The notes under the pieces were generated by a model. The model saw nothing but the letters and a program-made list of their open reading frames with translations. It did no database searches and was not told where the DNA came from. 64,000 bases of DNA from contig NC_068983.1 in the NCBI RefSeq assembly GCF_001194135.2, positions 1,930,917 through 1,994,916 of the forward strand, in the 5' to 3' direction. Positions 13,066-23,375 of this stretch are shown here, piece after piece. Made by a program: the position numbers and the translations under genes. The number at the start of each line of letters is the position of its first letter. The stretch's first letter is position 1. The DNA is from Octopus bimaculoides. Taxonomy: Eukaryota.

Positions 13066-14820
13066 ATCTCGGAACTTTCCAGGAAGTAATTTTTCCACCT
13101 CTTCGGACCTTTCCAGGAAGTAATTCCTCAACTTCCTCCCCTTTCTTGGATCTTTCCAGGGAGTAAATCCTCCCCTTCTTCATCACCTTGGAACTTTCCA
13201 GGAAGTAATTCCCCTTCCTCGAAATGATCCGGGAAGTAATTCCTCCCCGTCTTCGGACCTTTCCCAGGAAATAATTCCTCAACTTGCTCCCCTTCCCTGG
13301 GAATTTCCAGGAAGTAACACCTCCCCTTCCTCACTCTCCTTGGAACTTTCCAGGAAGCTCCATCGTCAGATTTTTGCAGGAAGTACATCAACGTAGAATT
13401 TTGCAGGAACTTGCCAGGATGACATTTTCAGGAATTACTAACCTCGGAACTTTCCAGGAAATAGTCAATCCGGATATTTCTAGTAAGTCCCATCCCTGGA
13501 ACTTTCCTGGAAGTAGTTAATCCTTGGAGCTTTCCCGAAAGACATTTGAACTTTGCAGGAAATCCACGAAGCTCCATCGTCGGAGTTTTGCAGGAAATAG
13601 TCCATCCTCGGAAATTTCCAGGAAGTCCCATCCCCGGAACATTCCAGGAAGTATTTAATCCTCCAAACTTTCCAAGAAGTCGCATCCTTGCAACTTCTCA
13701 GAAAGTAGCTCTTCCTCGGAACTTTCCAGGGAGTTGCCCATCCTCGAAACTTTCCAGGGAAAGCCGTGGAAATTTCCAGGAAGCTCTATCGTCAGATGTT
13801 TGCAGGTAGCAGATCAACCTTGGAACTTTCCAGAAAATAGAACTTTGCAGGATCTTTCCAGGATGACATCAGATATTTTCAGGAATTACCATCCTTGGAA
13901 CTTTCCAGAAAGTCACATCCCCGGAACGTTCCAGGAAGTAGTTATTCCTCGGAACTTTCCAAGAAATACCATCCTTGGAACTCTCCAGGAAGTAGCCCAT
14001 CCTCGGAAATTTCCAAGATATCCCATCCTCGTAACTTTCCAGGGAGTAGATCAACCTAGGAACTTTCCAGGAAGTTGCTCATACACGGAATATTTCAAGA
14101 CGTTTCCCATCCTTGGAACTTTCCAGGAAATTCGTGGAGCTTTCCAGCAAGTAGAACTTTGCAGGAACTTTCCAGGACGACATCAAATATTTCAGGAACA
14201 TTCCGGGAAGCTGCTAATCCTGGGAACTTCCGGGATGACATCGGGACTTTGCAAGAATTACCATTCTCGGAACAATCCAGGAACTAGCTCATCCTCGGAA
14301 CTTTCCAGTAAGTTGCCGATCCTCTGATCTTTGCACGAAAGCCGCAGAACTTTCCAGGAAGCTCCATCGTTGGATTTTTGCAGGAAGAAGTTCATCCTCA
14401 GAACTTTGCAGGAACTTTCCAGGACAATAGATGTTTTAAGGAATTGCCATCCTCGGACCTTTCCAGGAAATAGTCCATCCTCGGAAATTTCCAGGAAGTA
14501 ATTCCTCTCCTTCCTTGGAACATTCCACGACGTAATTCCCCCCACGGAATTTTCCGTGATGTATTTCCACTTCATCGGAACTTTCCATGAGTTATTCCTC
14601 CTCTTCCTTAAAAGTTTCCAAGAAGTAATTCACCCCCTCGGAACATTCGAGGAATTAATTCCTCCCCTTATGAACTTTCCAGTATGAAAATCCCCTCCTT
14701 CCTTTCCTCAGAATATTCCATGCGGTAATCGCTCCCCTTCTTGGAACTCTCCAGGAAGTAATTCCTCCCTTACCCTTGACGTTTCCAGGAAGTAATTCCA
14801 CCCCTTCGGAACTTTCCATA
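13061..14820. repeat. Structured minisatellite, unit ~25-35 bp, core GGAACTTTCCAGGAAGT
   Basis: Dozens of degenerate units. About 16 exact GGAACTTTCC and about 19 TTCCNGGAA by eye. Outer units carry GTAATTCCTCCCC linkers and inner units carry CCATCCT/TTGCAGGA linkers. Confidence 0.95.
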
Positions 14821-15983
14821 GCAGCCAAATCTCCCTGAAAACCTCTTATGTATTAATGCTACAATTCTGCGTCCTATGTAGTTTGAATGAGAAACTGTAA
14901 GGTATGTGAGCAACTGGTTGTGTTAATTGTCGAAGAAAGGGGAATTGCATTAGAAAAAGTTTTAATCGCTGTTCTCGGTAAGTATGGGGGTTAGGAAAAA
15001 AGAAAAGAGGCATTAAGAAGTTGATGCTTAGAATTGCTTTAACAGAAAATGAAGCTGTAAGAATTAATTGGGAAATTGTATATAAGAATTAATAGCAGGC
15101 GTATCCAATTTAAGAAAAGTGAAGTGAAAGAAGTATGGAATAATTATTATACGCTGTTGAAGATGAAAATGCATGGGAGAGCTATTGTATTTGACGTGTG
15201 TGTAATCATAGAGAAAGTGAAAGACATGAAATGGACTTACGTGTGCTTGTGTGTTTTGCGGCTAATTTGGCGGGTGTTTTGCAGTCAGCAGGAGGTAGTT
15301 TGTGTTTTATCTCTCGATCAATGGCCGGAAAAGTGAAAATATTCTTTTAATGTGTTTTGGGGAAAGGGGATCTTTTGAAGTGGGCGTCAAATGAAGAGAG
15401 ACATAAACTGAACTTCTCTTCAAGTTGGCGTGAGACAGAATAATTGGTGTGCGTGTGTACATGTGTGTGTGTTTGATGAGGTATGCGAGACAGAGAGAGT
15501 AATGTTGATGGTGTGTGTGTATATGAGAGAGAGAGAGAAAGAAAGGGAGAGGTAACTGAAATTTTTTTTTAGTTTTTGTAGTGAGTGAATGTGAGTGATT
15601 AATAGAAAAACCGAGAGAGTAATTATGTATGAATGGCTTCAGTGTCACACACTCACATATACGCATGCACACAGGTTGTTTTAATCGATTTTCTCGGTAA
15701 CTGTGGGGAATAGGAAAAAATATAAAGCGCGTTCCAGTCTATGCACCAGTCTCCACATGTGTGCCATTTTTCACGCGAATCCACCCAACCGTTTGGCCAT
15801 GAACCTCGAAACAAGAAAGAATACAACGGTCGCGCATGTTCAATTTATATTATAGGTAGATATACAATTCAATATAGACGATCGTGCGCAATGTTTTACC
15901 AAAAAGGAAAACTATAGTAGTCATTAAGTATGGCTTGGGTGTTAGAGCACATACATTGCTAGACGTCAGAGCTAAAAAGCTTC

Positions 15984-16395
15984 TAATGCTGTAGTCAAAG
16001 CACATTATTGTATACATATGTACTGACATGGATCGTAATTGCCCGAAAGCACTGGTCGAAATTTCCCTATAATAATCGGTCAGCTTCGGCTAATTCCGTA
16101 GCCTCATTGGTGAGGAAGGCTCGATTCGGTTGATTCCGGACTTGCTTCTCTGTTAGTACATACGTATTCGCAATAAAAAATCTATGGCTGATTTAGCAAA
16201 TCGCTAATGTATATACACTTATACTAACGGAGAAACAAGTCCGAAATCAGCCGAGTCGAGCGGTCCCCAGTGATGAGGCTACGGAATAAGCCGAAGCTGA
16301 CCGATCATTATAGAGAATTCTCGTCCTGAATTTTCGGGCATTACAGATCTTGTCAATACATATGCATATAATTATGTGTTTTAACTACAGCATTA
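15984..16395. mobile_element. Fold-back / MITE-like element 1
   Basis: Long imperfect inverted arms: taatgctgtagtcaaagcaca...gttagta (15984-16158) versus tactaac...tgtgttttaactacagcatta (16221-16395), with a spacer of about 60 bp. Confidence 0.75.
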
Positions 16396-17456
16396 AACCG
16401 TTTTAACTCTTATTTCTAGCAATGTAGGTGTTCCAATCCTCTAGTTATAAAATCATCGATTTACGATCACAATTGGTTCCGACTGACTGGTCTCAAGTCG
16501 ATTTGGTCGTAAGTTGGCTTAGAAAGCCTACATAGTTTGGTTTTATATTTTCACATCCTTAAGATGTATTCTTAGGTAAAAGTCAGACAGCATTCTGAAT
16601 TATACTGGCGTTAGTCAAACATTTCGCAGTCGTCTTACAAACAAATACGAGGCTGTCTCGATGTCTCCACGACAGTATATTAACCTAATACTTAGGATAA
16701 CCACGGTGGCGATTGATAACCAAACCTAGGCACATCATCCGTAGACGGGTTAATTTCTAAAAGATTAAACCCATTAGATTTCAACTTAACTATTATTGCT
16801 GCCGGGAGCTGGCGCACCAATCGTCGTAAAGTCGATTGATGGTAAGTGGGATAAGTCGTAAGTCGACCACGACTTGTGTATGTATGTATGTATGTATATA
16901 TATATATATATATATATATGCATGCATGTTTACATATTTATACATACATCTTTTGTTTTTTTCTTTTACGTTTCAGCCATTAGACAACGGCTACAATGGG
17001 AATGGGACAGTGTTTTGAATAATCTTTAGTCGAATGAAGTGGCCCCGGTACTTACTTTTTTAAAGCGTGGTCCCTTTTGGCAAATCGCTAAGTTACGTGA
17101 ATATATATGTGTGTGTGTGTGTGTGTGTTTGTGTGTGTGTGTTTGTGTGTGTGTATACACACACACATAAATTCAGCATTCAAATGAATCCGGTCTTTAA
17201 ATAGTGAAGTACCAAAGAGGTCGCGTCAGTGAAATTTTTATCGTGAACGAGCAATATTGAAACACAATAAACTAAACACGGATTTATAATCCGGCTGTGT
17301 GTAATCGTAAATGGCCGACTGAACTGAGATGTTTTAAGTGTTTAATTCTTATACGTGTTCACCTGTTGAATGCATATTTTTTTCGCATGATGTAAGAATT
17401 TTATTCGATAATACAAACATTTGAAACAGATGTAGTAAACCCACGATCTATCTGTT

Positions 17457-17510
<54 letters not shown>

Positions 17511-17513
<3 letters not shown>

Positions 17514-17923
17514 GTATTTACATGTGACAGATATTTGTCCTCATCTTTTTCAACGTTTCGGCTGATATACCCTCCACCCTTCATCAGGTGTCTTGGGGGA
17601 AAAGTTCTAATCTGGGTTCTCATGCCTAAGGTATTTTTCAATTTTGTTGTTATTATCATTATTTATTATTATTATTGTCATTAAGAGCGCGGGCTACTAA
17701 GCCCAAAATTCCGACTTATATTCCAGGCAGTGACCTGATTAATGATAATAATAGTAATAACAAAATCGAAAAATACCTAAGGAATGAGAACCCAGATTAG
17801 AAATTTCCCCCAAGACACCTGATGTAGGCTGAAGGGTATATCAGTCGAAACGTTGTTAACAACAAAAAAGATTAGGACAAATATCCGTCAAATGTAAATA
17901 ATGTACATTATTCCTCATCTCTT
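17511..17923. mobile_element. Inverted pair of Penelope-like pLTRs with hammerhead-like cores
   Basis: 17511-17660 is the reverse complement of 17741-17900. Consensus cCTGATGAaggctg-gagggtatat-cagccGAAAcgttg. Both outer ends abut (TA)n. Confidence 0.7.
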
Positions 17924-17939
17924 NNNNNNNNNNNNNNNN

Positions 17940-17973
<34 letters not shown>

Positions 17974-18962
17974 GCACACATATATCAATAGTAATAATAA
18001 AACTTTGATGAAATTCATAAATATTTTATCGCATCGTTACGCGAGTTCCTCGAATCACATGTTAGAAAAGCGCGTAGCGATGCATTAAAATATTTACAAC
18101 TTCTATCCCGAGATAATTATTGTTATTACTACATTATCCTGTATTATATCGGCAGAGCTCGGTGCTGCCCCCAAAATCCGCTATCGCCAATTGGCATCAT
18201 TTGTCTGTGGCCGGCATAAAAGAAAAGGTGCTTTGATATGATTATTCAAAATGTAAACAAAATTAAAAGATATATGTCTGTATATATATATGGGATTCTT
18301 TCAGTTTCTGTCTACCAAATCCACTGACAAGTCTTTATTCCTTATTTGTAGGCTGTTGAAGAAGACACTTGCTTAAGGTGTTACACAGTAAAACTGAACC
18401 CGGAACCATGTGGTTGGGAAGGAAGCTTCTTACCACATATGCACACAGACATACGGGTAGACAGATAGATAGATAGATATATATATATATAGATAGGTAG
18501 GTAGGGAGGTAGGTAGGTAGAGCGGTACGGATAGATAGATAGGGAGGTAGATAGATATGCAAATTTGTTTGGGTTTCGATGCAATGAGAATGTTTACAGA
18601 GTGAAACTTTTCCCTTTGTGTCTACGAGATCAGGTGCATAAACGAGTCTGTCGTGCTGATATCATTGTTTGCATGTGTTTCCTGTACATCTATGATTGCC
18701 AGGTGTGCGATTCTCTCGTTATTTACTTTTTATCGATGAATTTTATCGTTATATGTGTTTGTCGTTAGGACATAGAAAGATCTATCGATTTCAATTCTTT
18801 AACTATTTCCAACTTTAGATTATTTGCAGATATAGAACTTTCTACTTATTGATTTTTCTCATATTCACTTATCTCTAAATTTCATGGAGTTTATTGAAAC
18901 ACAAACGCCAAGAATGACAGCAACAACAAAAACCACAACAACAGCAACAACATTAACAAGAG

Positions 18963-19165
18963 TCCTTTTTACAATAAGCACAAGGCCTGAGATTTGGGGG
19001 ATGGCATAGTCGACAACATCGACCCCAGTGTTTAACTGGTATTGTTTTATCAACCCGAAAAGGATAAAAGACAAAGCGACCTCGGCGGAATATGAACTTA
19101 GAAAAGACGAAGTGCCGCTAAGCATTTCGCCCAACGTGTTAACAATTCCGTCAGCTCACTGCCTT
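18963..19165 (-). mobile_element. SINE family B
   Basis: Matches 2543-2758 and is flanked by (AAC)n and (AAT)n. Confidence 0.8.
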
Positions 19166-19239
19166 GATAGCAATAGCAGGAATACTAATAATAATAATAA
19201 TAATAGCTATAATAATAATAATAGTAATAATAATGATAA

Positions 19240-19393
19240 TCCTTTCTACTGGAGGCGCAAGGCATCGAATTTGGGTGTAGAAGACTTGTCGATTATATCG
19301 ACGCCAGTGTTTCATTGGTACTTAATTTATCGGACGAAACACCGCTAAGCATTTCGTCCGGTGTGATAACGATTCTGCTAGCACATCGCTTTA
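19240..19393 (-). mobile_element. SINE family B, internally deleted
   Basis: cctttctact...gtcgattatatcgac...ccgctaagcatttcgtccggtgtgataacgattctgctagc, embedded in (AAT)n. Confidence 0.75.
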
Positions 19394-19417
19394 ACATCAA
19401 CAACAGCAACAATAATA

Positions 19418-19908
19418 ATAATAATAATGCTTGAAAATGATCACATCTCACTCCTCTGGAACTTCACCATTCAAACTGACAGAAAGATGGATGCGAAAAG
19501 GCCAGACATTATATTGAAAAAAAAATTCAGACAAAACTCATACCTCCTCATTTATATGACCGTCCCAATCAATATAAATGTATCTGTCAAGACCTACCAA
19601 AAACTGAGCAGGCATAAAGGTCTTGAAAATGGAAATTGGCAGATACCAGGACACCCCAAAACGGCAGAAATTCAAAAGATAGTGCTAATGGGAACTGCCC
19701 ATATCCTACGTAAAATACTGTTTATGTAATCTCAAATTTTAAAACAAACTCATATTTTTCTTGTTTTCTGAAACATTCTCTAGAACAATACTATGTGCGA
19801 AACCAAATATATGACACCCTAGGCATAACACCAACATGAACCTCTAGCTTGTTTGTCTCTTGTGGTCTCTGGGTGAGACTTGATGTCAACTTGTACAAAT
19901 ACAAAGCT
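19418..19908 (+). mobile_element. R4/Dong-like RLE LINE, 5'-truncated copy A
   Basis: ORF 19427-19729 has LLWNFTIQTDRKMDAKRPDIIL...MTVP...EIQKIVLMGTAHILRKIL, the restriction-like endonuclease PD..D region and C-terminus. Its 3' UTR is shared with copy B, and it starts directly after (AAT)n. Confidence 0.85.
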
Positions 19909-22020
19909 AAATTATTAACTGAATTAGAGATTGACCAAATTAAACAATTAGTAAGAGATCAAATGAATGGAGTTGCAACTAAAGCAGATACCACTGAAGA
20001 AATAATTACAGACCAACACAGGTCTGATGAAAATGCAGTAATGACAGAAAGAGTCAATGTAACAGATAAGCAAAGTGAAATACTTTTTGAACCAGCCATA
20101 AATATCAAGAAAGACGAAAACATCTGTCTTGACTGAATAGACGTATTACCTTTTAATAGAAAGTCGCATCTTTCCTAATGAGCATAGAGGATTTAAATGT
20201 GGGCCCTATGCTTGCAAAGCTCACCTACTCACCAATAGGATAGTTTTAGAAGATTCTCACAAACAACACAAGAACTTACCAATAACCTGGATAGACTATA
20301 AAAATCCTTCGATAGTCTTCACACAACTGGATTAGAAAATGTTTGGAAATTTATAAAATAGAACCTACTCTGCGAAACATGGTAAACGGCACTGACTTTG
20401 AATAGTCAAAATGAATCTTTCAATGCTGAGGATGTAAGAATTCCATGTGTTATTTTCCAGGGTGAATCTCTATCACCTCTCCTCTTTTGTCTAACCTTTA
20501 TACCTTTTTCGAAATTGTTTGATGATGTACAATATGGCAATAACATTTTTTTGAAAAAAATATAAATCATGTCTTTTACATGGATGTTGTAAACTCTTTG
20601 CAAAAAATGACCGACAACTAGAAGGTTTACTGGCAATTGTAAAACAGTTCAGTGATGAATTCAGGATGGAATTTGGCCTAGGTAAATGGGCGGAAGCTTC
20701 CTTTATCAGAGGAAAATGATAATAACATCCACCGTTAACCCTAAACAACAAAATGCTATAAACGAATTGGAACCAGCGGAGGGATATTTGAACGTGATAG
20801 AATCAAACATTCATGAGGGAAACGATTAGAAACGAATGTTATCGCAGGGTTAGGGCAATACTAAAGCCAGAGCTGAACGCAAGAGACAAGATCGAAGCGA
20901 TCAATATTTTAGCCAAGCTTGTCGTGACTTACAGTTTCAATATTATAAACTTGTCAATTACTGAAATCAGAAAACTTGACAGGAAATTACGAATATTGTT
21001 GACAATGCATAAAATGCACCCACTTAGGGAGATATTGAACGATTTTACCTGCCAAGAAAGAGAGGGGCGCTGTGAACATTTTCTAATGGAATTGGCAATG
21101 AAGATCGCCACAATTATTGGCCTAAACACCTACCTGAAAATCTCCGATGAATAGACGTTAAAACTTGTCTTAAACCATGAAAACAAGAAAACAACAGTAA
21201 CAAAACAGTAACAAACCCAGCAGCGCAATATCAATGCCTACCTATAAGAAGCAACCTGGCTAACATCTCAAAGAACGGTAGTAGCCCAACATGTCGTGTA
21301 TGTAAACAACAAAATGAAACCATCGATCATGTTTTCTTCATGTGCAGCCTTCTTGCTCCTACACAATATCTCCACATGCACGATAGAGCAACACAGTATG
21401 TTCACCGGATAATTTTCAAAGACTTAGACCTGCCCCATGATAAAATCTAATGGGAACACAAACCCCCTCTAGTGCTTAAAACTGATCACATCTCAATCCT
21501 TTGGTACTTTACTATTCAAACTGACAGAAAGATAGATGCAAATAAGCCAGATATTATATTGAAGGTTTACAGAAAAAAACATACCTTCCCATCGATATGA
21601 CTGTCCCATACCGAATGAATCTATCAAGACCTATCAAAATCGGAGCTAATATAATGATCCCAGATACCAGGAAATCCAGAATCGGAAGAATTTCTAAAAA
21701 TAGTGCTCATGAGAACTGCTCATATCCTAACAAAAATATTTTTTATGTAATCTCAAAAACATTTTAATCTATACTTTTAAGTGTACATAATAGCAGACAC
21801 CTTTCACTGTTATCTTAAAAGAAGACTATCGTCTTTAATCAAATTAATTTTAGAACAGACTTCTTATCTTCTTATGTTTTTACAGACATTCTCTAGAACA
21901 ATAATTTGTGCAAACCCAAAATATGGCACCCTAGTTATAACATCAACTTCAACTTCTAAATTCTCTCTTCAGGTCTTTGGGTGAGACTTGGAGTCAACTT
22001 ATACAAATCCAAAGCGAAAG
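19909..22020 (+). mobile_element. R4/Dong-like RLE LINE, decayed copy B
   Basis: RT motifs: DYK..FDS (~20295), IFQGESLSPLLFCL (~20452), degenerate YMDD (~20573), RVRAILKPELNARDKIEAIN (20813-21154). CCHC knuckle CRVCKQQNETIDHVFFMC (~21294), KPDIIL (~21542), KIVLMRTAHIL (~21697). Contains stops and frameshifts. Confidence 0.9.
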
Positions 22021-22029
22021 CCAATGCAC

Positions 22030-22505
22030 ACTGTCTTGGCACAAAAGATGGGCTACGGTAAATATTCTGTTCAATACCACAGGTTTACTTGTCAGTTGTT
22101 TGGCCTTAACCAGTTGAAAATTATCCTTAGTGGCTGGAAATATGTGCATATCTGATCATAAACAGAAGCTGTAGGGGAGAGGCATAGTCATGTGTTGAGA
22201 GGAATTCTTTGGGGTTTGAATAATTCACCTCTGGAAACATAGGTGCTTCGTTCAACAACCTTAAACAACCCTTATTCAGGGATCATTTGAACGAGATGGG
22301 CTATCGACCTGAAAAAAAATTCTTACTGGGCCCTACCTGCAACGCCATGCGCTGTTTACTTTGATATGAGAGCACTATGTCGTACACATATGGTTGCGAT
22401 GCATGTGCTTGGTGTACAATTAGACGCGTAGTCATGATGGGTGTAATGGACGTCGTATATTTTACCCCAATGTCACTTTGATGGCATGCACTGCTCTCTC
22501 ACTCA
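22030..22505. mobile_element. Non-coding interspersed repeat associated with (AAT)n, copy 1
   Basis: Collinear with 57520-58040 (aaaagatgggctac...atgtgttgagaggaattct...tattttaccccaatgtcactttgatggcatgc...ctctcactca). Confidence 0.75.
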
Positions 22506-22790
22506 GCGGATGTTAACATAAGGCTGAAGATCAATGAAAACGAGAACACCTATGCTGAAATAGTGAGAAATTTGTGCAGCTGCTCTATTTTGATTACAAG
22601 TTCAGTTTTATACCTGTTACTTTTGTGGGACTTGTAATTATACGTAACACACTGCCTAAATACCATCTTGAGAAATTAGGTTTCTCAAAACCAGAAAGGA
22701 GAAAGCTGGTTCGAAGACTACAAATCCAATCCATCAGTGGAACTGTAAAGATCTGTAAAACTTTCCAGAAGTTCTTTCTCTAATTATATA
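22506..22790 (+). mobile_element. 3' end of a second RLE-type non-LTR family
   Basis: DVNIRLKINENENTYAEIVRNLQLLYFDYKFSFIPV...LEKLGFSKPERRKLVRRLQIQSISGTVKICKTFQKF resembles an RLE C-terminus. Followed by (CA)n. Confidence 0.6.
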
Positions 22791-22838
22791 TGAGCATATC
22801 TACATGTTGGCCCGACATACATAAAACAAGATGTACAA

Positions 22839-22903
<65 letters not shown>

Positions 22904-22914
22904 CATGCATTCAT

Positions 22915-23375
22915 TCATTCATGCATGAATAAATAAATAAATACTTATTGAAATCTTTATCTCCAGGGAAAGCTCGCTTACACCTAAATATTTCCTTGAC
23001 CACCAATGTACTCCGTGCTTCATTTCGGAGCGCTTTCCTAGTAACGCCTGTATAGCCCTCACCCTTAATGTTCATACAGACCAATCCTCCACATAGCTTT
23101 TCACCTTTTGTTTGTATGAGTTCCACAGAAAACACTTGATTCCTACTACAGCTCGTATCAGGAATTCTCTCCATCCTAATTTTAACCGTTTAATTCTATG
23201 CAACTTCGTGGATCTCCTCCTTTCCAGGGAACCCTCAACTGACGCTGGCATTGCCCCCATCCTTGCCTCCATTATATCATTTATGCAGCTTACATTCAAC
23301 ATACAAATCCTTATGTAATACTGATTAATCCTGATAATCCTGATCCCTTCATAAAATCCACTCACGTTCAAAATT
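22915..23375 (-). mobile_element. Decayed LINE-like 3' end (L1/Tx1-like, tentative)
   Basis: Protein-like minus-strand remnant (…RRRSTKLHRIKRLKLGWREFLIRAVV…) followed by a UTR ending in aataagtatttattt. Family assignment is weak. Confidence 0.35.

Larger units (their letters stand above)
12150..15860 (-). mobile_element. Non-autonomous Helitron 1 with both termini
   Basis: On the minus strand: 5' A|TCTACCTATAATATAAA at 15860, and 3' GC-rich hairpin (ccggtttcacccgg, 12163-12176) followed by CTAG|T at 12153-12150, i.e. an A|T insertion site. Helicase C-terminal remnant at 12683-13065. Subterminal ccaaacggttgggtggattcgcgtgaaaaatggcacac resembles Lep1/HINE-type 5' ends. Confidence 0.8.

Noticed and set aside
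13734-14327. 197-aa ORF with repeated HPWNFPG/RNFPG, and neighbouring ORFs on both strands
   Set aside because: A by-product of ~27-bp repeat units. Similar peptides appear in several frames and strands, with no splice or promoter support.
13061-14820. CRISPR-like appearance (conserved palindromic core with variable spacers)
   Set aside because: The linkers are short, related to each other and of irregular length. There are no cas genes, the context is eukaryotic, and the array lies inside a Helitron.
16450-16875. Recurring gtcgtaag/aagtcga motifs with partial inverted symmetry
   Set aside because: Probably a degenerate MITE. I could not define consistent arms or a TSD by eye.
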